From Azolla caroliniana (lineage: Eukaryota > Plantae > Polypodiophyta): a DNA stretch of 64,000 nt. Each line of letters begins with the position of its first letter. The first letter of the stretch is position 1. The notes under the pieces were generated by a model. It saw nothing but the letters and a program-made list of their open reading frames with translations. It did no database searches and had not been told where the DNA came from. Positions 11,554-21,900 of the stretch are shown here, piece after piece. The position numbers were made by a program, and so were the translations under genes. The stretch lies in assembly GCA_043228905.1 (NCBI GenBank), contig JBHGNT010000002.1:23436001-23500000 (forward strand). The letters are read 5' to 3'.

Positions 11554-14477
11554 TATGGCTCATCCGGAGATGATGGCAAGATGCGACCACAATTCTTGCA
11601 ACAATCAACTTTTGAGTCCCTTGATCTAAAGGTCAAGGCATCGCAATGCAAGCATCGCATTTTATCTGTCGCACATATTGGCAACCGCCTCCTAGCTCGA
11701 CTTGCGCCTCTTTGCATTTTTCCTGTGTGTGCCTTGGAAGTGTTTGGGGAGCTGCCAATAAGATCTTGTGAAATGTTGATTGATGCTCCCCTTTTTGCAC
11801 CAATTGCTTGCTTACGCCCTATGGATCCACGGTCTTCTTCGTTAGTTGGTTTCGGTGCACCTGTGTGATACACCAATGTCTCACTTGTTTCTTGAATGGA
11901 CTCCATACATGCCAAAATTGCTGCACAGTCGAGGGATTGTAACCCTTGCTTAAAACATTGAATAGCCCCCTCAAGCGTTTGTAATTTCGACAAACATTCC
12001 TCCACTCGTGATGTTATAGGGTTTGTCTCCTCGACTGGTTCTACCTCTGTCTCCATTTCCGTCTCTGTGAAATGGTCATTGCGCATATAGGTTGCATGAT
12101 CTATAAAAGGCAATGACCCACATAGATGTGGCATGTGCCTCTCAATAATCATCCTGATGCCAAGTATATGCTTACATTTACTCGCAGGGTCGTGGCAATC
12201 ACAATATGAACATTGGAGCGATACATTATACCATACATCCGGTTTTGTCAAGCTCAATATTTTAAACCAATATCGAGGCTCGTCCACAATATGCATTGTC
12301 GCATTATTAGTTTCATACCTCTCTAGTAGCCTTTCGGCCTCTTTAAGTCTAGTTGTTTGATCCCTACAATTTGCACGTGGTGCAAATCTACCACTCTCAC
12401 ATATTTCTTGTCGTTGCTTGTACCATTCAATAACAGTACCCCCGATGCAAGTGCCAGTTTGACTGTCCCCGATTAAAACATGCACAAGATCGGTAATTGA
12501 TCGGTTTATCCTCCCTCTTAAGGCAGTATATTTGATAAACTGCCAATGTCTCTCCACAAGATTGGTAGTGTCAACATGTCCGTAGTTGAACATTCTACCA
12601 AATTTGGGCCACAGTTTCCTCCACACACATGTCAAGCCACACCATCCTCCTTCTATATATTGCCAAACACCTGGCTTGTTTGCATATTCTACCTTTAAGT
12701 CCTCACATTGGGCATTGAATGTGGATTCCGTAATGCATTGCATGAGTTGGCACATCCGATTATAAAGGTGGTTTCTCTCACTTGCACTTACCTTTGGCAA
12801 CAAGTTGTCCAACCATGCTTTTTTTGCATGGAAGTGACACAACAAAAGTCGACAATGTGTTTGCGACCTTTGCCCATTTGTAACTATCCAAGATAATCGG
12901 TCAGTTGCAACCACATTACTTATGGCATTATACGATGTCCAACTTTTATCGATGACTATGGCATTTGGCCTCACATTGGGCATCCGTGCAAATATGACTC
13001 TCAAGCAAGTTTCTAAAGCTACTTGCTCATGGTTAGACCCCTTATCAGAACTACATATCATGTACCATAATGGGATACCAACTCCCATGACATTTGGAGC
13101 CACAGCTGCATATAATGGCAAGCCAAATTGGTTTGTTTTAAACGTGGAGTCGATTGCCCAAGAGTTGTTTATCGACAGTCGCTCACACATCTCTAACATC
13201 CATTCATCTTGGAGCACCAAGATGAACGGTTGCCTTGCGGGAGATCCATATTCACCAGGCAAGTAGGGTTGGACATGAGCCACCTTCCCAAGATCTCGGA
13301 GGGCATAGGCATCTTGCATCATCAAAGACCAATCAACCCCTGACATGGCACTCCCGATTTTTAACTTGTTGGCCATGTTATTGACCTCCTTTGGTATCAT
13401 AAAGAACCTATAACTCACAAGGTCTAATGGACTAGCCTTGGACTTATGATATGCTTCCTTACGCATGCTCATCCGTGCCATGTGTCATGCGCAACCAACA
13501 TCAAAAAGGTCATCTCTACAACAACTTATAACATTTGGGGCCACTGGCAAATAGTATGCATCTGGTCTACTTCCCGGTACATGACCCGTATGAGGTCCAT
13601 ATATTGAAAGGGTCACTGTCCCATGGTCAACCCCGCCATTCATTCGAGCGTTCACATGAAAAGTACACCCACATCGAGATGAATGCTTTCTACGTCGAGT
13701 GCATGGATATTGCTTGTTGGCCACACCGGATCGGTGACAATTATACCTAGTCACATGTGCACCCCTTGTGACCCCTGTACGAAAGCGTGTGTGATACCTC
13801 AATTGAACATCTATCAACGTATCATCAACCCTATGTGCCTCTATCTTGATCACTTCTATGGGTCTAGACTTTTTATATTTCACGACACTTGTCCCCTCCA
13901 TGTCAGATGGAGTTAACCTCGACACAACTTGACAACCACATTGGTCAATCACTGCTTTCACATACGCACTAGGGATCCCATAGTCACGAAGGTCATTGGA
14001 CCAATTTCTCTTTAATTCTGTCAGAGTACCTGTCAAAGAACGGTGCGATGCGCCACAATGTGACGCCAATACTATCTCCCTCCATTTCTCTACGTGCGTA
14101 ATCTGAAGATGAGGCGATGCCTTAAGGTGTATTGCATTCTCATTCATAAGCGTGAGACGACTCTTCATGCGCCTCCATGCATGTAAATTAAGAGGTGCCC
14201 CCCTTGCGAGTGTGCTTAATATTTCAAATGTTACCTTAACTTGACCTAATAAATCTTTAAGCATTAAATCGTACATACCTCTAGTGAACGCAATATACCT
14301 CGCCGAACAATACATGAAGGGATCAACCTCCTCCGCCTCTTCTTCGGATGAAGCCGACTCATAGTCTTCGGATGTAGACGAATCCAAGTCATCGTCGATG
14401 GTTGCGGAGTATGGTGATGCATAACCATCCTTAGAATCATACAAGGACGTGATTAAATCTATTTCGTTGGGATTCAT
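11553..14477 (-). pseudogene. MULE transposase (~970 codons) with a single in-frame TGA at 13485-13487
   Basis: ORFs 13485-14477 and 11553-13481 are in one frame (..VGCA*HMARM..). Motifs: IDSTFKTN, IVIDK, LLCHFH, TTNLVERHW (DDE), SWIM CDC..CKH, and YNCHRSG..CGC..HTGH. Confidence 0.9.
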
Positions 14478-14484
14478 CTCGAAT

Positions 14485-14945
14485 GAATCTAACTAATCTG
14501 ATTAAGAATCTAACTAATCTGGTTATAAGAATCTAACTAATCTGATTATAACTGATTAAGAATCCCCCTAATATGATTAAGACTCTAACTAATCTTATTA
14601 AGAATCTAACTAATGTGATTAAGAATCCCCCTAATCTGATTAAGAATCTAACTAATCTTATTAAGAATCTACAAAATCTGATTATAACTGATTAAGAATC
14701 TAACTAAGATGATTAAGAATCTAACTAATCTGATTAAGAATCCCCCTAATCTGATTAAGAATCTAACTAATCTTATTAAGAATCTACAAAATCTGATTAT
14801 AACTGATTAAGAATCTAACTAAGATGATTAAGAATCTAACTAATCTGATTAAGAATCCCCCTAATCTGATTAAGAATCTAACTAATCTTATTAAGAATCT
14901 AACTAATATGATTATAACTGATTAAGAATATAACTAATCCTGATT
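14485..14945. repeat. AT-rich 21-bp minisatellite with a 115-bp higher-order period
   Basis: Unit AATCTAACTAATCTGATTAAG; the AATCCCC variant recurs at 14624, 14739 and 14854. Confidence 0.92.
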
Positions 14946-15496
14946 AGCTTTTAGAGATTGTGCAAAATAAGAATGTGATTAAGACGCAGAATGTGATTAT
15001 AAGACAGATATTGGAGATGCAATGAGCTATGATTAAAATGACAGAGAATGGTTTAAAGTGACAGAGAATGTGATTAATTTACATGTTAAGATGACCGTTT
15101 TTCTGGCCGTTTACATAACAGGTTGGGCGACCTGGTTGGGTGACCAAAACAAAAGATAATTAATTTTAAAAGGTTTGCGATTGGTTTAAAACCATACATT
15201 CAGAACATCCACAATAATTGTTGGGAACAACATTTCCATTAACAAGTAATCGCGTTTACAATACCACAACTTGCGATTGGTTTAAAACCATACATTCAGA
15301 TCATCCACAATATTCAGATTGAGATAAATACATTCAGATTGAGATAAATAATTGTTGTAAACAACATTTCCATTAATAAGTAATCGCGATATACAATGAG
15401 TCGATTCTCACTATACAAAATTTTTGGGGATTCCAAAATATAGTTACAACATCAGCTCTATAGCCAAATCTGTGCTGAAAACAACATTCCCAAAAT

Positions 15497-17495
15497 TTAC
15501 AATATGGAGCCACCGGTCGCAAGTGCAAATCCTAATACCGATCGTGCCCACTCGTCCACATGAATCCGAAGTGAATCCACTTCGCGTTTGGTGAACCACA
15601 TCTCTGTGCCCTGTAACCAAATATGTATAAGAACACATCTATACACAATCCACATGAACAAGGAATTGCAATTACACTTACAAAAGTCGAAGATATCCAT
15701 CCTTGTAAGAACTCCCTCACCAACATTTGGATAGTCTTCATCACATAAAAGCCACAATCCCAACAATTTGGTTGTGTTGGGATGTGCAGTACCTGATGTC
15801 GACCATTGGGCACAATGGTGTGGTCTGACGGTTCAGATGAAATTGTCCGAATCGCCAACTCTGCCATTCTCCGCATGTTGTCTGTTGCTGGTCTGTTCAA
15901 TGGATCGCAGAAGACTACTTTGCTAGTTAGCTTAGAAGCTTGTTGTCGCATGGTGAACCACAAGTTCCAATGCCCATCAAGCACGATCGGAATGAACGTA
16001 ATCTCACATTGCGCAACTTTCTTAAGGATGTCTTGCTCCTTCATTGCCTGCTGTAGCTGCACCCATAGTGGGTCGACGATGGTCAAGCGTTCTGTCACCT
16101 CGAGTGGCAATGAGTATTCCATCCACAACGTGAATAAGGTCATAGTCCATGTCGATGCCATTTCACGGCTCTTGCATATGGTCTCAAGATCTGACTCGGT
16201 AACATCAAGGGCCATATCGAGACGTGGGCAAGTTAGCTGGTACCTGAATGCATGGAAATATGTAGTTTTGAGTAGGTAAATCACACTCCATGTCAATTAG
16301 TAAGATACTAGTTTATATTTCACTTAAACCCTACCTGGAAAAGTGTTTATTTGGGGTTTGAATCCATAACCTTATGCCCTTGCCATGTTGAATTTGAACT
16401 ATGGCCACATCCGATGCAGCGTCATCTGAATCTGATGTTAGGGAAACAACATCAGTGTTTGACTCGACCTCCTTCCGTCGGATTGGCATTTTCGGTCGTC
16501 TCCGTCTCGGTGGAGTGGACACACCACCCTCAGATGGGTTTTGACTCTCATCCACATCCGTGGACACACCCTGCGGTTGGGTGGATATCCCCGCCTTTTT
16601 ACACTGTTTCACCACAATAAGACACATCTTATTATCTGAATTTTGCCAATAAACCCTCCAACAATCTGAAATGAAATCCTCACTCATACTTACATAAGAA
16701 TCCAAACCAGCTGCTATCTTCTTCGTCAACATCTCCAAACGCTCATCCTTATTGGAGTCGTATATAGTCATCTCTTTGTCCATAAATCGTGCCACGAACT
16801 CTGCCTGTGTGTCAAGACGGAGTTCAGCAAGAATAGAGTTGTATTTCGAAACAGCCCTAACCTTCAACTTTCGGATATATTTTTGTCGATTTCTGTAGTA
16901 CTTGATTTCCGGGTCCATGAATCTTTTGAGTGATCTTTGACGCTCATAACTGTTAAAGCATGCCCCCGGAATACCCTCCTCCTCCTCTATACGCATCCCT
17001 CGTGGTAGGACTACGTCTATTGCATGTTCTCTGCGTAAATGTGACTCCATGTCACTTTTTTTCCGATACCACCTTGGCGAGAGGCGGCAAAACTCAGTGT
17101 AGATACATGCACGAGCCTTGTTCCCATTTGCATCTCTTCCAACCTTATACAACAAGTCGGGACGAGGAGCAACTGTTCCTTCTGCACCTGTGTTACATAT
17201 TTAAGATTGACATAAAGATTGGCATAAAGATTGAGATATTGCAACGACACCAAATCCACATACCATTTGGAGGAGCATCTTGGTCCATTTTGTCCCCACT
17301 CGTACACATGTCGGCTCCTCGACTTCGCCAATGTCTTCTAACGAAGACCCTTTAACAAATCACGAGTCAACATACATGCATCAAACCCTAAACCATTCTT
17401 GGGGGAGATTGGTTCGTGACATACCTCTCTTGAGTTGGATATATATCACTGTTATCGAAATCCCACCAATCTTTGTACTTGGAGTTGGAAGTCAT
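15497..17495 (-). CDS. Transposon-borne zinc-finger + Ulp1/C48 (SUMO/NEDD8-type) cysteine protease; predicted exons 17495-17425, 17349-17264, 17187-16335, 16243-15682, 15610-15497 (~561 aa)
   Basis: All four introns are GT-AG and keep frame (1686 nt total). Ulp1 motifs: FIPIVLDGHW, FCDPL, QPNCWDCGFYV, WFTKREVDSLR. C2H2-like CIYTEFC..HLRREH. Confidence 0.78.
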
Positions 17496-17801
17496 CTACC
17501 ACCATTCAAGTAATCAAACATTTTTTGATTTTAGTACTCAAACACACAAAATATCAAGTTTAAGCAAGCAAATCATTAAAACCAACAATCAAAATATAGA
17601 TGATTAAATCAAGTTTAAGCAAGCAAATCTAGTGAACGCAAGATCATAATAAGTTTGATAGGCCTCACCTATAGTGTGGATAAGAGTGGTTACATCCTCT
17701 TCTAGATTATGCCTTCAAGATACTGGCTGGGATTAGAGTGGCTGGAAATCAACAAAGCCTTGCCTATTAGATCCTATTATACTTCACTTATGGTTCGCTT
17801 A

Positions 17802-18015
17802 TCTTCTTGTCTATAGTGACTCTAAACCCTAAAGCTTAAACATGTCTATGCATCAATATGGTCCATACAATCTTCTTGTCTATAGTGACTCTAAACCCTA
17901 AAGCTTAAACATGTCTATGCATCAACATTTTCCATACAATCTTCTTGTCTATAGTGACTCTAAACCCTAAAGCTTAAACATGTCTATGCATCAATATGGT
18001 CCATACAATCTTGCT
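17802..18015. repeat. 3 x 69-bp tandem repeat containing a telo-box (AAACCCTA)
   Basis: Units start at 17802, 17871 and 17940. Confidence 0.9.
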
Positions 18016-18230
18016 TGTTTTCATTATTATTAAGAAGCGATGAATATAACATTGTGGAAGATATAATAACAAGGAGCATACCTGGGAATAGTGATGGAGG
18101 AGATCGATTTGTGCAGCCACAGACGATTTGTGATGGAGGAGCTCCCACCTCTTTCCCGGCAAACCCAACCTGTCAATCTCGTTTGAAAAAATGACAGATT
18201 ATGACAGGTTTAGGGCTTTTATAGACATCC

Positions 18231-18615
18231 CTAAAGGAGTCTCCCAACCTGGATAAACAGGTCTCCCAACTGTTTTAAAAATCAACAGTTGGGTGACCTG
18301 CTTCTTTTATTGAGTTGGTTGGGTGACCAACTCAATATAAACTCTAAAGGAGTCTCCCAACCTGGATAAACAGGTCGCCCAACTGTTTTAAAAATCAACA
18401 GTTGGGTGACCTGCTTCTTTTATTGAGTTGGTTGGGTGACCAACTCAATATAAACTCTAAAGGAGTCTCCCAACCTGGTTAAACAGGTCACCCAACCTAT
18501 TTAAAAATAAACAGTTGGGTGACCTGCTTTTTTTTTTGAGTTGGTTGGGTGACCAAATCAACCAAAAATTTAAAAAAAAAACGGTTGGGAGACCTCTAAC
18601 AAGGTTGGGCGATCG
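18231..18615. repeat. Right subterminal array: 3 x 113-bp units with internal palindromes
   Basis: Units at 18231, 18344 and 18457. Hairpins CCCAACTGTT..AACAGTTGGG and TATTGAGTTGGT..ACCAACTCAATA, degenerate in the third unit. Confidence 0.9.
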
Positions 18616-18789
18616 CCTGCGCAGCTTTTTTTTGGCGCCTTCTTCCTCATCCAAATCGGACGGTGCAGATCACACGCGCCTTCTCTGAGCGACCTGCACC
18701 GTCTGTGGCCGCGATTCCCTCACCAGGCCTCTTTATGATTTGTGTCATAATAGACACGTCGCATATTTATGGATACATACATACATACA

Positions 18790-18820
<31 letters not shown>

Positions 18821-18926
18821 TTATGGATACATCATACATACATACATGCATATTTATTTCTTTTATGTATATGTATGTATCTGTAGTTGCTGCGTTCTCA
18901 TTTGTCATTTTTTGCTTGGAGCTTCC

Positions 18927-21900
18927 ATGGCTGTTCGAAACAGCAGCAAATACGATCGGCAACTCAGGTTCTCTCTCTCACCCCTTCCCCTTCCCCCCCC
19001 TCTCTCTCTCTGTCCAAATGTCAGCGTAGAATCTTCTATTTCTGATTTGCTATTCCGGTAAGAGAGACAGACAATCAACGTAGATTTCTCCCAGTTCTCG
19101 TTCCTTTACCTTAAAATTTCCGATCGCAGTGGATACATACAGAAAAATTTCCCTCATTTCCTTTTCCTCACGAAATGTAGCTGCGTGTTCCTTGAAGGTA
19201 ACCAACTGAAGACATGGCGTATAGAGAAGGCCTTACTTCTTTTTTACCCTTTTATTCTTTCAAACAATCAAATTATTTATCTTATTATTATTATTATACG
19301 AAGCTGGATAGATATTCATTTCTGCAAGTCTGCATATCCTGTATAGTTTAGAAACAATCGTTAAAATATGAATATGTTTCATTGTATTTACGAACCTCTA
19401 CTGTTATATGTCTGTAAATGAACAAATTTTGCATATACATTTCTAGCTTTATGCAGATGTAAACATTCAAAGTTTTACTGAATTCACCAAAATTCGGATG
19501 TGTAGGTATAAATGTTGAGGAACACTAGTTTTATGATGATATGAACTTGTCGAATTTCACTGATTTCATGAGAATCATCAAAATATTAAATATGTACTGT
19601 CTATTATATATCAATTTCACTAAAATCACAGTTGTTTTTAACCATGAACCAGTTTTTTTGCATATAAATTTCACGAAAATCTAGTTTGTATACATATATG
19701 CATGCAATTTTTTGGCAATTTGAAATCTACATAAACTTCATTGAGAACAGGGATGATTTCTTTTTCTATTGAAAAATGCCTCGTAATATAGTTTTGTTTT
19801 CCATTTAAAATATGGATTGGTTTTAGACTATGGTGTCTATAAAATTTGTGAAATTGTCTGGTAGTTTTTTATATGAACAGTTCCATTGTAGTGAAAATTT
19901 TACAAAGTCTCTAATTTTATATACGTTTTTAAATACAACTTCTACTTATCTAGAAATGCCGTTTCTCATATTTCTAGCTGGTAAAAACACACTATATCTC
20001 TGATATCCATGCACCTCTGATCTTAAGGCAGTTTTGTTAGCTAGCCATATCTTTAGAGTCTGTTTTGTTGAGAACATTGATATTTTCATGCATTTCGTTT
20101 TTCTTACCTTATATGTTCTTTCTTCTTTACCGTACATTTGTTACCAGATATTTTGAGTTAGAGTTTTTGTTTTGTGGAGAACTTCGATAGCCTAATACAT
20201 TGCTTTTCTTTCTCAAGTTTACTTTCTTCATCACTTGACATTTGAGGCACCAGAACCCTACTTTTGTTTGTGGGGGACATTGATTGGCGTGTGCATTGCT
20301 TTTCTTTTTCGTCACTTGATTTTGAGACACTGGATATCTTCTTCATTCAGGGTTTATGCTTAAATCTAAAATGTAAGTACTACAAATTTTGATCTTGGGG
20401 ATGAATGAACAAATGAATAAGGCTTAATAGTAAAAAATATAGTGTTGCTTTGAGGAATTCTTTTGAAGGAGTATGCTCATTTTGCTTATCTTCTTCTGTG
20501 ATTTTTGAAGAGTCCTACACAAAAGGTGGTCTGTAAGTCCATGTTTACATTGTGCAAGTGAGCTCAATCAACGCTTACAAGCAATGGAGTAGCTATTAAA
20601 AGTTGCCCTTATGCACTTTATTCATTGAAATAAACCTTTTGAACTAGAAACAGATACCGATGATTTTGTAGAAGAAGCTTCCATCTGTCATGACAACTAA
20701 CCTATTGCATTTGTAAACTGTAAGGCAAAATCCTAAATCCTTTATATCACACTTACCAGGAACTATTAAACATCAACCTTATCCAAATTTGGTGCTATTA
20801 TCTACATGATTCCTTTTTAATCGTTCAGATGAACCATCATATGTTTATTCGTAGTTCAAACTTTTGTGATCACATGACTAGATGATGGGCAAAACATGGA
20901 AATTCTCTTCTTGATTTATTGATGAACCACTTAAATGTTTGCAACTGATCTTGTTTCTAATACCTTTATAACTGTGAAATCTGATTTTGAGCACCCATGT
21001 ACTTACTTGCTGTTGGGGAATCCAGTTATTTATTGTAGATAGTAGCGAAACTCTGCTATGCAGATATTAATTCAAATCAGCTTTGCATTTGTTCACTGAA
21101 ATTTTAATTATGCATAATTGGCATATTTCATGAGTGAAGATGCTATATTAATATAAACTTCGATTTTGCAGAATTTGGGGTGATCAAGGACAGTTTTCTC
21201 TAGAGCAAGCCAATATTTGCCTGCTCAATTGTGGACCAACAGGTGCGGAAGCTTTAAAGAACTTAGTACTAGGTGGCATTGGAAGTTTTACCATAGTTGA
21301 TGCTTCTAAGGTTGAAGCAAAGGACTTAGGAAATAATTTCTTTGGTATGTTCTCTCTCTCTCTCTGTCAACGCTATATTTATCATTGTATCATCTCACTT
21401 GGATGTAATTCTTTGGCCCCATAGGTCATTTTGGCCTTTCAAGTATGTGTACAATGTTTCATTTCATTTTCTCTTTCTAACTGTCCTCATCCCCCAAACT
21501 TTCCATATTGGATCAACCCATAATGGATAATTTCAGAGTGAAGCAATTTTAGATTCAATGATCAGGCACCGAACCTTGTTGGTTATCTATGATTGTATTT
21601 CAAACCAGTTGGTTTTAGGAAATCAGAGTAGGAACTGTTACTCAGATTGATGAGTATATATAAACAGTTCTTTGCACGTCTCATATACCTTTACTATCTT
21701 TTAGAAATGTTAGTGATCTTTTGGGATCATGCCTTGCAGGTATATCCATACAACTGTTACTATATGCTGGTGATATTGTGCTGATTTCTGACTCTCTAGA
21801 GGGACTGCAAACACATCTAAATGCATTAAAAGTATTTTTTATGGACAAGGTTTGTTGATAAACATGGATAAAACTAAAGTGGTGATCTTTAATACCACTC

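Larger units (their letters stand above)
10845..18761 (-). mobile_element. Mutator-like (MULE) DNA transposon, ~7.9 kb, carrying transposase and ZnF-Ulp1 genes
   Basis: TIRs of ~100-130 bp (CAAATCATAAAGAG.. from 10857, inverted copy ending 18742). Candidate TSD CATATTT at 10838-10844 and 18762-18768 within a (CATA)n tract. Encodes a MULE DDE + SWIM transposase. Confidence 0.9.
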
